This document shows positions 37,725 to 46,964 of a stretch of 64,000 nucleotides of DNA, piece by piece. Source of the stretch: Candidatus Alkanophaga volatiphilum (GTDB lineage: Archaea > Halobacteriota > Syntropharchaeia > Alkanophagales > B39-G2). Numbering within the stretch: position 1 is the stretch's first letter; the number at the start of each line of letters is the position of its first letter. The stretch is from positions 40,474 to 104,473 of the forward strand of contig JAPHEE010000001.1 in NCBI GenBank assembly GCA_029259545.1, written 5' to 3'. The notes under the pieces were generated by a model. It was not told where the DNA came from and made no database searches. It worked only from the letters and a program-made list of their open reading frames with translations. A program made the translations under genes and the position numbers.

Positions 37725-37977
37725 TTTACCTTCAGTCGCTAAGAAGGCTCCGCCCGTAAGGGCGGAGATGAATTAGGGGAGGAGGGTGGGGGCTGGTAGG
37801 AGGTAGTTAGTTTTTTATACTCTGAAGACAATGTAGACCCGAAGTGAGGCCGTGGGTATACCCTGCGGTCAGGGGCTGCGTGCTCAGCCCGAAGGGGAGT
37901 GCAGGTTCATCCTGCACGCTCCCCAACCTCCCATGCTTCCGGTGGGAGCCCCTTGCTGAGCGAGGGGAGGAGATCAC
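37725..37977 (-). mobile_element. MITE-like structured interspersed repeat, copy C (full length)
   Basis: Its reverse complement is colinear with copy A over the whole length. Substitutions are paired within the hairpin stems. Confidence 0.7.
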
Positions 37978-38000
37978 CTTCCACTCTTAAACGGTGAAGC

Positions 38001-38528
38001 ATGGATTTCCGAGGGCACTGCCTCATCGCAACGCTCACTTTTGGACCGTTCGCCCTAGCTGCTATTTTGTTCTCATTAAAACCCTCCACGCTGATCCTCT
38101 CGTTTCTGGCATGCATTGTCGGCGCAAACTTGCCCGACCTCGATATAAAAACGTCAAAGCCGCATAGGTATGCCGTCCGGATAACCACCACCGCAACCAT
38201 AGTCTTCCTCGCCATGCTTGCGGCATCAACGGCACTGTGTTCAAATGCCAAAAGTTTGTTCCTTAAACTCACCGTAATTTCTGCTGTGGCGCTGCTCGCA
38301 GTACTCTTCATAAGTAGGTTGCCACATCGCGGTCCAACGCACGGTGTCCTTGGCATCTTAGCTTATGGCTTCCTCCTCCTGCTGGTAGCGTTCCTTTTTG
38401 AGTTGCCGCCGTCGGCTGCTCTTCTCATAACGCTTGCTGGCATCACAGGTTACACCTCTCATATCCTCGCCGACGAAGCCTCAACGTTTTTCAAGAAGAA
38501 AAAGAAACGAAGGAAGAGAAGGAAATGA
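38001..38528 (+). CDS. YdjM/DUF457-like membrane-bound metal-dependent hydrolase with poly-Lys/Arg tail
   Basis: Motifs LPDLD, HRGPTHG and HILAD in a polytopic membrane protein. The C-terminus is FFKKKKKRRKRRK. Confidence 0.55.
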   Translation: MDFRGHCLIATLTFGPFALAAILFSLKPSTLILSFLACIVGANLPDLDIKTSKPHRYAVRITTTATIVFLAMLAASTALCSNAKSLFLKLTVISAVALLAVLFISRLPHRGPTHGVLGILAYGFLLLLVAFLFELPPSAALLITLAGITGYTSHILADEASTFFKKKKKRRKRRK

Positions 38529-39568
38529 GCTTGTGGATCGAAAAATACAGACCACGGACGCTTTCCGGGATTGTAGGGCAAGACGCCGCCGTGAGGGTTG
38601 GCACGAGATTTTTAGAAAGTGGAAGCATACCCAACCTTTTACTTTGGGGCCCGAGAGGTGTAGGGAAGTTCTCGTTCGCAAGAGCTTTGGCTTTGGAGCT
38701 TCACGGCGACCTTGAGAATTTTATCAGTCTCGACGCCTCCAACATTTTCGAGATCGGCAAAAAATATTTGGCGGAGGAGAGGCGCTTCCGTCTGTTCTAT
38801 GAAGAGCGTGCTTCGGTCATTGACACTTTCAAGCGAATCATCCGGGAGTTCACGGCGCTCGCCCCGATAAATGCCGACTTCAAAATCATTTTCTTCAGCA
38901 ATGCAGAAGCGCTGACGCTCGATGCTCAGCACGCGCTCCGCAGAACCATGGAAAGATATAGCAAGACTTGTAGGTTTGTTTTCTCGACGACGAAGCCCGC
39001 AAAAATCATCATGCCGCTGCGTTCGAGATGTCTCATGCTGCACTTTCGGAAACTGAGCGACGAACACGTCGAAAGCATAGTGAGAAGGGTGGCAAGTGGC
39101 GAGCGTTTGAAGCTTTCAGCTGATGCATTGAGACTGATAAAAGCGAGGGCTGATGGAAATGCATTTGTAGCAATAAGCCTACTGCAGGCAGCAGCCGCGC
39201 TCTCAGCGGCTCCTGCGGGCGGAGAACGACAGTATGTAAGCGGCGATGCCGTGCGTCTTGCAATAGAAAAGAGCTACGGGGCGGACGCTGCTGAGATCGA
39301 AGCGCTGCTTTCGCATGCGCTCGAAGGCAAGCACGAAGCATTACGAAAAAAATTCCGCTCCCTCCTTGACAATAGGGGCGTGAGCTGTCGGGAGTTGCTT
39401 GAGTGCTTGCAGGACGCCGTGAAGAGAAGAGCGGCTGCGGGGCGCATACCCGTGGAAAAAGCTACTCATATCCTCCTGAAGATAAGTGATGTAGACGCTC
39501 GCCTCTGTGAATGCTTAAATGCTGAAATCCACGTCGAAGAAGCCTTAGCAAGTTTTTCAGCGCTGTGA
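38525..39568 (+). CDS. replication factor C small-subunit-like AAA+ protein with degenerate ATPase motifs
   Basis: LWIEKYRPRTLSGIVGQ and LRSRC (SRC motif) are conserved. Walker A is GPRGVGKFS, Walker B is FFSNAEAL (canonical DEAD) and sensor 2 is GNAFVAIS. There is an ATGA overlap with the upstream gene. Confidence 0.7.
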   Translation: MSLWIEKYRPRTLSGIVGQDAAVRVGTRFLESGSIPNLLLWGPRGVGKFSFARALALELHGDLENFISLDASNIFEIGKKYLAEERRFRLFYEERASVIDTFKRIIREFTALAPINADFKIIFFSNAEALTLDAQHALRRTMERYSKTCRFVFSTTKPAKIIMPLRSRCLMLHFRKLSDEHVESIVRRVASGERLKLSADALRLIKARADGNAFVAISLLQAAAALSAAPAGGERQYVSGDAVRLAIEKSYGADAAEIEALLSHALEGKHEALRKKFRSLLDNRGVSCRELLECLQDAVKRRAAAGRIPVEKATHILLKISDVDARLCECLNAEIHVEEALASFSAL

Positions 39569-39870
39569 CGCTCGCCTTTGGCGAGGGCTCCGCAAGGGGC
39601 ACCTCGCCCCCGCCGCCTCTCAGCGGTCGGCGTCATCGGGCGTCAGCCTCTGATAGGAGGTCAGCTTCTCCTCGATGAATCGAGAAGCTTGCCTCACAAT
39701 GTCCCGCCGGGACGTTCATCAGCCAATCAGGACGGCTGACTTCGCCCCTCATCGGGCTGGAAAGCTGGCAAAGCCGCTCCAGCCCACGAGAACAAACGCA
39801 TTCAACATTATAAATAATTTCCGCCAATTCCTCCCATGGTTAAACCATGGGCTTCCTTGGCGGTGGGGGT

Positions 39871-40109
39871 GTGAACTACCCTTCGCTTCGCAAGGGGCTG
39901 CGTGGGGAGTTTGGTCGTCGCCTGCCCGCAGGCGGTCACGCCGCCACTACCCGTTATCCTCACGGCTCACGGGCTACTTCAACCAGCCCCTACGGCTGCC
40001 CAGCCTTACGGCTGTTACGTCGTTACACCATACAACTTCAAAGTATTTAACTTACCACCCCCTCCCCTGTATCCCCATTATGGGGTCTTGCAAGCAACGG
40101 GATGATAAA
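39871..40109 (+). mobile_element. MITE-like structured interspersed repeat, copy E (diverged subtype shared with D)
   Basis: 5' end GTGAACTACCCTTCGCTTCGCAAGGGGC. Hairpin CGCCTGC/GCAGGCG. 3' end CCCCTGTATCCCCATTATGGGGTCTTGCAAGCAACGGGATGATAAA. Confidence 0.55.
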
Positions 40110-40247
40110 GAACGTTTCGGAGAAGTAGACTGAACTACTTCACTCTGCAGACGCCGGTGTTATGGCTCTGCGCAGACCAGGTTTAATTGCCGGTTCGCAC
40201 CTTGCGGCGGCATGGAGAAAAGAAAAGGGAATAATGTCCGAAGGGAG

Positions 40248-41243
40248 TCAGGAGCCGCCTTTTATTTCTCTGATTTTCTCGGTGAGGGCGGGCACCACCT
40301 TGAAGAGGTCGTCGACGATGCCGTAATCGGCGACGGTGAATATTGGCGCCTTCGGGTCTTTGTTGACGGCGACGATCGTCTCTGAAGCGCTCATTCCGGC
40401 GACGTGCTGGAACGCCCCGCTTATGCCGAGCGCCAAGTACAATTTCGGCTTTACGGTCTTCCCGGACGTGCCGACCTGCCGGTCTTTGGGCAGCCAGCCC
40501 TTGTCTACGATCGGGCGTGAGCACGCTATGACGGCGCCGAGCTCGTTCGCAAGCTCTTCTATCATGCTGCGCACTTTCTCGTCGCTGTAGTCGCCGACGC
40601 CACGCCCGATGGCGACGATGCGTTCCGCTTGCGTTATATCCACCTCGCCGACCACCGCCTCCACGTATTCTAAGAAGCGTTTCGTCGTTACCTCCTCGGT
40701 GAGCGGCGATGGCACTTTCTCAACTTCAGCACTCAACCCAAGCTCCTCAGCCTTAAAAGCGGCGGAACGGATCGTCGCCATGTAAGGCGACTTTTTGAAC
40801 GAGAAGCGTGCGTTCACCTTGCCGCCGTACATCTGGCGAATTGCGATCAATGCGCCGTCTTTGACCTCAAAGCCTATACAGTCCGTCGCTAACGGAATTC
40901 CGAGCTCCGCAGCCAATGCCGGGGCTAAGTCCATGCCGAAGGACGTGTGCCCGATGAGCGTGAGTACTGGATTTCGCTCTTTTATCAGGTGCGACAAAAC
41001 CTTCTGGTAGGCTTCGGCGTTGAAGTTCTCAAGCTTGTCGTCCTCGACGACGAGAATCTTGTCAGCCCAGCTCTTGAGCTGCTCCACGAAGTTGTCAACG
41101 TTTTTGCCAAGGAGCACCGCGGTGACGCTGGCGTCAAGACTTTTTGCCACGTCCCTACAGCCGCTTAGCATCTCGAACGTAATGTCTCGAATCTCACCAC
41201 GCCGATGTTCTACCAGAACAAAAACCTCAGCCATCGTCTTCAC
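40248..41243 (-). CDS. etfA: electron transfer flavoprotein alpha subunit
   Basis: 331 aa. EtfA C-terminal FAD-binding region (LYLALGISGAFQHVAGM). Confidence 0.85.
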   Translation of the reverse strand: MKTMAEVFVLVEHRRGEIRDITFEMLSGCRDVAKSLDASVTAVLLGKNVDNFVEQLKSWADKILVVEDDKLENFNAEAYQKVLSHLIKERNPVLTLIGHTSFGMDLAPALAAELGIPLATDCIGFEVKDGALIAIRQMYGGKVNARFSFKKSPYMATIRSAAFKAEELGLSAEVEKVPSPLTEEVTTKRFLEYVEAVVGEVDITQAERIVAIGRGVGDYSDEKVRSMIEELANELGAVIACSRPIVDKGWLPKDRQVGTSGKTVKPKLYLALGISGAFQHVAGMSASETIVAVNKDPKAPIFTVADYGIVDDLFKVVPALTEKIREIKGGS

Positions 41244-41247
41244 CCCC

Positions 41248-42048
41248 TCACTTCGGAATCAATCCCTTTTCGTCAAGGATGCTTGCAAGCCTCGCTGCTG
41301 TTTCCTCAGGCGCGCCGGTAAGAATTTCTGCCATTTTCTCGACCGGCGGGACGTAAAGCTCTTCAAGCTTGAGCAGCGAGCCTTTCTCGCCGACCTCGTC
41401 GGGGCTGAGCCCGACGTCGCTCAGATTGAGCACCTTCAGCTCCTTCTTCTTCGCCTTCCGTATGCCCATGATGGAAACGTATCTCGGCTCGTTTATTCCG
41501 GTCTGCACTGCTAGCACCGCTGGTAGTTGGATCTCAAGAACCTCCTCGAGCCCGCCTTCAAGCTCCCTGTGGATCTTAGCCTTTCCGTCTTGAATTTCGA
41601 CCTTCGTGACGAGCGCCGCATGCGGAATTCCAAGAGTCTCGGCGAGCGTCTGCCCGACCTGGGCGAAGCCGTCGTCGCCCGCCTGCGTCCCTGTGAAGAT
41701 GATGTCGTAGTCCGGCATCTCCTTCTTTATCACGGCGCCGAGCGCCTTTGCGAGGGCGTAAGCGTCGGAGCCTTCGAGCGCCGGGTCCTCGACACGGACG
41801 GCACGGTCGGCGCCCTTCGCCAAGCAGCGGCGCAGCGTGTCCTCCGAATCCTTCCCGCCTATCGTGATCGCAACGACCTCGCCCCCGTACTTCTCTTTTG
41901 TCAGGATAGCCTCCTCTAGCGCATACTCGTCCCACTCGTTTATTCCGAATGCCAGCCCCTCCTTCTTTATTCCCTTCTTGTCAGGCGTGATGACAACATC
42001 CGCTTCGGCGGTGTCCGGTACATGTTTCACGCATACTACTATCTTCAT
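41248..42048 (-). CDS. etfB: electron transfer flavoprotein beta subunit
   Basis: MKIVVCVKHVPD N-terminus. ATG 42048 lies just after the upstream stop. Confidence 0.85.
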   Translation of the reverse strand: MKIVVCVKHVPDTAEADVVITPDKKGIKKEGLAFGINEWDEYALEEAILTKEKYGGEVVAITIGGKDSEDTLRRCLAKGADRAVRVEDPALEGSDAYALAKALGAVIKKEMPDYDIIFTGTQAGDDGFAQVGQTLAETLGIPHAALVTKVEIQDGKAKIHRELEGGLEEVLEIQLPAVLAVQTGINEPRYVSIMGIRKAKKKELKVLNLSDVGLSPDEVGEKGSLLKLEELYVPPVEKMAEILTGAPEETAARLASILDEKGLIPK

Positions 42049-42052
42049 GACA

Positions 42053-43183
42053 TCACCCCTCAATCGCCTCAATAAGCAGCTCAGATATGTCTTTCACTTC
42101 AATCTTGCCCTCATAGCCTGTCGTCTTCACGGCGTCCTCAAATGTGAGCAGGCAGAACGGACATGCGACCGCTATGACCTCTGCGCCGAGCGCAGCCGCC
42201 TCCTTCACACGCATCTCCGCCGTTCTCTCGCCTGTCGCCGTAGCCTCCGCCCACATGCGCCCGCCGCCGCCTTCACAGCAGACGCTCCGCATCTTTTCCC
42301 TATCGTATTCCAGAAGTTCGACGCCGGGGATGCTCGAAAGCAGCTTCCGCGGCTCCTCGAACACCTTATTTTGCTTGCCGAGGAAGCACGGGTCTTGGTA
42401 AATCACCTTCTTCTTCAGCTCCTTCGTGAGCTTCAGCTTGCCCTCATCCAATTTATCACAAAGTAGCTGCGTGTAATGGAAAACCTCAGCTTTTAACCCT
42501 TCATATTCGTTTTTAAAGACGTTATAGCAGTGAGGCGACGTCGTAACAATACGCTCGACACCGTAATTCTCAAACATTTCGATGTTGTCCTCCATGAGCA
42601 TCTCGAACAAACCGATCTCGCCCATCCGCCGGATCTCATTGCCGCAGCACTTCTCTTCGTTGCCGAGAATTGCGAAGTCCACACCGGCTGCGTCGAAAAG
42701 GCGGACAAGCGACCTTGCGACGCTCTGCACCCTCGGGTCATAAGCGGGCGTGCAACCTACGTAATATAGATACTCTGCGCCTTCAGAAGCCTTTTTTATG
42801 GAAAGTTCTGCCGCCCACTCCACTCGCTTCGACGGCGCCCGTCCCCACGGGTTCCCGTTTTTAAAGGTGCTTTCAAGGGCTTCTTGGACGGTCGATGGCA
42901 CCTTCGCCTCTTCGATTAGGATGCTGCGCATCCCTATGATCACTTCTACTGGCTGTAGGTCACGAGGACAGCGGAGCCGGCACGTTGCGCACGTCGTACA
43001 GTCCCATAGGAAGTCTTTGTCCATGACCGCTTCGTTTTCTAAGAGCAACGCCTCCCTGACAAGCTTCCTAGGATTTAACTGCGAGCGCATCGAGAGGGGG
43101 CAGCTTCCTGTACACTTGCCACACTGGAGGCATACGAAGAGGTCATATTTCTCCCCAAAGCTCTCTCCCTCTACGGTCTCCAT
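42053..43183 (-). CDS. HdrD-like Fe-S oxidoreductase (2x4Fe-4S + two CCG domains), Etf-associated
   Basis: CLQCGKCTGSCP and CTTCATCRLRCP motifs, then CCG-type Cys motifs (CCGNE, PCFLG, CCEGGGG, CPFC). Confidence 0.75.
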   Translation of the reverse strand: METVEGESFGEKYDLFVCLQCGKCTGSCPLSMRSQLNPRKLVREALLLENEAVMDKDFLWDCTTCATCRLRCPRDLQPVEVIIGMRSILIEEAKVPSTVQEALESTFKNGNPWGRAPSKRVEWAAELSIKKASEGAEYLYYVGCTPAYDPRVQSVARSLVRLFDAAGVDFAILGNEEKCCGNEIRRMGEIGLFEMLMEDNIEMFENYGVERIVTTSPHCYNVFKNEYEGLKAEVFHYTQLLCDKLDEGKLKLTKELKKKVIYQDPCFLGKQNKVFEEPRKLLSSIPGVELLEYDREKMRSVCCEGGGGRMWAEATATGERTAEMRVKEAAALGAEVIAVACPFCLLTFEDAVKTTGYEGKIEVKDISELLIEAIEG

Positions 43184-43280
43184 ACTATCCCCCTTATCGC
43201 TTGTGAGAGTCGAGAACCTATGGCTTTTAAATGTTCATCAGGCTAAGGATATAAAAAATTTCCTAAATTTAACGGAGTTG

Positions 43281-43838
43281 GTGGAATTGGGGGCTGCTGA
43301 GCGCTCAAAGCTCTTAGATGAAATTTTAGAGCTAGGTGATGAGATCTTCGGAAGCGGCGTCGTGGATACGATAAGGGAATGCTTGCAGTGCGGGCGTTGT
43401 ACTGGCAGCTGCCCCTCAGGCAGGATAACAGCGTTGCGTACGAGGAAAGTGTTCCTGATGTCGCTACTGGACATGCGGGAGCGCTTACTTTCATCAGATG
43501 AGCTCTGGCAGTGCACCACCTGCTACACATGCTATGAGCGGTGCCCACGTAAGGTGAAAACCACCGACATCATCCGAATCATAAGGAACATTGCCGTTCG
43601 TGAGGGTTACATGGCTGACGCCCACAGGAGGGTGGCGGCGCTTGTGATAAAGACGGGACACGCGGTCCCGATAGACGAGGCGACGAAGGAGCAGCGCCGC
43701 AAATTAGGGCTTGATGAAGTCCCGCCGACAACGCAGAGGCATGAAGCGGCGCTGAAAGAGCTTCAAGAAATAGTGAAAAAGACGGGCTTCGACAAGCTTG
43801 TTGGCTTCGACTGGGCGAAGATGGACATCGTTACGTGA
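43281..43838 (+). CDS. hdrC: heterodisulfide reductase subunit C
   Basis: CLQCGRCTGSCPSG and CTTCYTCYERCPRKV. The start is uncertain (TTG 43278 or GTG 43281). A GATATAAAAAA TATA box lies at about 43246. Confidence 0.75.
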   Translation: MELGAAERSKLLDEILELGDEIFGSGVVDTIRECLQCGRCTGSCPSGRITALRTRKVFLMSLLDMRERLLSSDELWQCTTCYTCYERCPRKVKTTDIIRIIRNIAVREGYMADAHRRVAALVIKTGHAVPIDEATKEQRRKLGLDEVPPTTQRHEAALKELQEIVKKTGFDKLVGFDWAKMDIVT

Positions 43839-43850
43839 GGGGGTGCGACG

Positions 43851-44726
43851 ATGAAATATGCGTATTTTTTGGGATGCATCACGCCGAACCGCTATCCGGG
43901 AATAGAGGCGGCGACGAAAAAAGTTCTGAAGGCGTTCGGCGTTGAGGTTGTGGAGATGGAAGGGGCCTCCTGCTGCCCGGCGCCCGGCGTCTTCGGAAGC
44001 TTCGACTTACGCACGTGGCTGCCGATCGCCGCTCGCAACCTGTGTATTGCGGAGGAGCTGGGCTGCGACATCATAACGACGTGTAACGGCTGCTACGGCT
44101 CGCTCCAAGAAGCAAACCACTTGCTGAAGCATGATGCAAGGCTCCGTGAGCGGGTGAATGAGATCCTTAAAAGCATAGGGAAAGAGTTTCAGGGGACGAT
44201 AGAGGTGAAGCACGTCATAGAGATCCTATACGACGAGGTAGGACTTGAGGAGATAAAAAAGGCGGTTAAGAAGCCGCTAGAAGGCGTGAATGTCGCGGTT
44301 CATTACGGCTGTCACTTCCTGAAGCCGTCGGAGGTGCGAGGGCACGGCTCGCCTGAGACGCCAACACTTCTTGATGAGCTCGTGGAGGTTACTGGCGCTA
44401 AGAGCACTGAGTATAAGGACAAGTTGATGTGTTGTGGTGCCGGTGGCGGCGTGCGTGCTCGTAACTTAGAAACTGCGCTCAAGTTCACGATGCAGAAGAT
44501 AGAGAACGCTTTAAATGCGGGTGCGGACTGCATAGTCCATCCGTGCGCGTTCTGCCACCTGCAGTTCGACAGGGGGCAGCTCGAAATAAAAGAGAAGTTC
44601 GGCGTCGAATTCAGCATGCCGGTGCTCTTCTACACGCAACTTCTCGGCTTGGCGCTCGGCTTTGACGAAAAAGAGCTCGGACTCGACCTGCAATATGTGA
44701 AGATGCCTGAAAAGCTTTTAAAATAG
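43851..44726 (+). CDS. hdrB: heterodisulfide reductase subunit B
   Basis: MKYAYFLGCITPNRYPGIE...SCCPAPG...CCGAGGG...CAFCHLQF CCG motifs. Confidence 0.85.
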   Translation: MKYAYFLGCITPNRYPGIEAATKKVLKAFGVEVVEMEGASCCPAPGVFGSFDLRTWLPIAARNLCIAEELGCDIITTCNGCYGSLQEANHLLKHDARLRERVNEILKSIGKEFQGTIEVKHVIEILYDEVGLEEIKKAVKKPLEGVNVAVHYGCHFLKPSEVRGHGSPETPTLLDELVEVTGAKSTEYKDKLMCCGAGGGVRARNLETALKFTMQKIENALNAGADCIVHPCAFCHLQFDRGQLEIKEKFGVEFSMPVLFYTQLLGLALGFDEKELGLDLQYVKMPEKLLK

Positions 44727-44728
44727 TG

Positions 44729-45283
44729 ATGTCGCCGGCGTTGGCGAAGGAGATCAGAAGGAAAGCCGTGCATGCCGTCGGCGTACTAACTCCAATAGTT
44801 TTCGAAATTTTTGGCAAACAACTTCTAATTTCGGGCGTTTTGGTCTGCCTTTGTTTCTCCTCATTTTTTGAGTTTTCAAGGCTGAAGCGTGGCAAGCCCG
44901 TTTTCTACTCCGAACTTCTCAGGAGCTACGAAGAAGACAGACTCGCAGGATATGTATTTTTCCTGATGGGCATTTTGGTCTGCGTCGCTCTTTTCGAGAG
45001 CGATGTAGCGATGGCAGCCGTGCTCATGCTCGCCGCAGGCGACGGAGTTTCCGGTGTAATAAAAGCCTTAACGATGAGAAAGCTGGCGACGTTCTCAATG
45101 TTCATCGTAAGTGCAGCAGTCGGCTGCATCTACGTCCCGCCATTCGTCTCAACGCTCGGCGCCTTAGGTGCGACAGTCGCTGGCTCCTTACCTTTACGCT
45201 CGAAATACCTCGACGACAACCTAATGATACCTTTGTCTTCGGCAATACTCATGCAGCTCGGTCTCTCTCAGACCGGGTGTTAA
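44729..45283 (+). CDS. polytopic membrane protein, dolichol/polyprenol kinase (CTP-transferase superfamily)-like
   Basis: RRKAVHAVG and AAGDGVSGV motifs in a roughly 6-TM protein. The assignment is tentative. Confidence 0.4.
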   Translation: MSPALAKEIRRKAVHAVGVLTPIVFEIFGKQLLISGVLVCLCFSSFFEFSRLKRGKPVFYSELLRSYEEDRLAGYVFFLMGILVCVALFESDVAMAAVLMLAAGDGVSGVIKALTMRKLATFSMFIVSAAVGCIYVPPFVSTLGALGATVAGSLPLRSKYLDDNLMIPLSSAILMQLGLSQTGC

Positions 45284-45405
45284 GCTTGGGGTTACTCCTT
45301 AGCTTGGTTGCCATATGGGAACTTGTCGCACATCATGCGACAAACTCACGCCAACGGACGCCCTGAGGTCGCTGTAGCCCGTATTCGGCTATCGCCTTAC
45401 AGTTA

Positions 45406-46104
45406 TTAGAAGCATGCGACGAGCAGCGTTAGTAGTCCTATGATGAAAATTGCAGGAAAGTTCCCGGCGCCCCCTATACTGAGCAGCGGGCTGCCTTCTT
45501 CTCCTTCCTTCAGAGATAAAAGTTTGAAGGTGACCCCTAAAATGATGCCGAGCGTCGCAGATGTGAATATCAGCGGTGCGGCGCTTTCCCGGCAAAGGAT
45601 GAAGCCCATGGGGATTGCGAAGATGCCTGCGTAGCTCGGAACTACTACGCCGACGCCGCCCGTCGTTTCCGAAATGAAGAAGGTGATGACCGTGATGAGG
45701 AGCGTGAGGGTCGCCACCTCCAGAACCGGGCACTCGCGCATGAGGTAGATGGAGAAGGCAACGGGCAGGAAAAATCCACCTAAATTCAACGTTACTGTCG
45801 AGCTATGCTTCCTTCCGCCGCCGCCCTCCGCCGTCACGACGCCAAAGATCTTTTTCAGAAGTTCAAGCTCTTTTTCTGTAAATTTCGGACTTTTCGTCGT
45901 CAGCGTGTAAACAGGCACCTCGACGAAGCTTCCGAGGAGCATTGCTATGAGCACCGTCAGGAACTTAAGCTCTAAGCTACTGCCGCTTCCGTATTTCGCT
46001 ACGCAAAGGAGAGCGCAGGGGAGGAGAATGAGAGCGGAGGTATACAGAAACCTCGCATCCGCCGCCCGCGAGAATTTCAATTTCAGCTCCAATTTCATCA
46101 CCAC
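45406..46104 (-). CDS. integral membrane protein (DUF1614-like)
   Basis: 232 aa, multi-TM, with IGGAGNFPAIF near the C-terminus. The family call is tentative. Confidence 0.4.
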   Translation of the reverse strand: MVMKLELKLKFSRAADARFLYTSALILLPCALLCVAKYGSGSSLELKFLTVLIAMLLGSFVEVPVYTLTTKSPKFTEKELELLKKIFGVVTAEGGGGRKHSSTVTLNLGGFFLPVAFSIYLMRECPVLEVATLTLLITVITFFISETTGGVGVVVPSYAGIFAIPMGFILCRESAAPLIFTSATLGIILGVTFKLLSLKEGEEGSPLLSIGGAGNFPAIFIIGLLTLLVACF

Positions 46105-46160
46105 ACCCTTTTGTCATCCTTTTAAAAATACTACGCCGCTCGACCGCTCCAGCCTGAGGC

Positions 46161-46964
46161 TCACTTCCTCGACGGCACCGCCAGCGACACGAAGAATATG
46201 GACGACAGTATGATGACTATGAGGGCGCTTGTTGCCAGCGGCACGTAAAATGAGATTATCAGCCCTGAAATGCTTGATGTGAGGGCGAAGGCGACGGAGA
46301 GCAGCAGCATTCCACGGACGGTCTTCGAAAGCTCATAAGCGGCGGCTGCGGGCGCCGTGAGCATGGCGAACACGAGAAGGACGCCAACGCATTTCAACGC
46401 AACGACGACGGAGAGGGCGATGAGCACCAGCATGAAGTAGTGGTAGAACGTGGCGTTAATTCCGGAGGCGAGGGCGGCTTCGAAGTCGAAGGTGATGGAC
46501 AGGAACTCCCTAAAGAACAACGCGACGGAGATTACGACGATGCTCGCCATCGCTGCCATAAGCATGAGATCAAGGTCAGAGACCGCAAGGATGTCGCCGA
46601 AGATGAGTGCCCAAAACTGCACCGCATACTCTTCAAGAAGGGAGATGAAAAGGACGCCGAGCGCCATGCCGAATGCAAAAAACACGCCAATTGCCACGTC
46701 CATGCGTTTTGCGGAGCCCTTACGTCCGGCGTAGCCGGCGACGAGCGCGAGCAGTAGCGCAAAGAGCAATGCGCCGAGCAACGGGTTTATGCCGATGAAC
46801 ACTGCAAGCCCGATGCCTCCGAGGGCGGCGTGGGCGACGCCTGCCCCCATGAACGAGAGCCCACGGAGCACGACGAACGTCGAAATCGTAGCGCAGGACA
46901 CACTCATAAAGACTGCTGCTAGGAGCGCACGCTGCATGAAGTCGTAAGAAAACGCCTCAAGCAT
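46161..46964 (-). CDS. znuB: Zn/Mn ABC transporter permease (ZnuB/TroCD family)
   Basis: 267 aa, FecCD/ABC-3 type permease. It overlaps the ATPase gene. Confidence 0.8.
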   Translation of the reverse strand: MLEAFSYDFMQRALLAAVFMSVSCATISTFVVLRGLSFMGAGVAHAALGGIGLAVFIGINPLLGALLFALLLALVAGYAGRKGSAKRMDVAIGVFFAFGMALGVLFISLLEEYAVQFWALIFGDILAVSDLDLMLMAAMASIVVISVALFFREFLSITFDFEAALASGINATFYHYFMLVLIALSVVVALKCVGVLLVFAMLTAPAAAAYELSKTVRGMLLLSVAFALTSSISGLIISFYVPLATSALIVIILSSIFFVSLAVPSRK

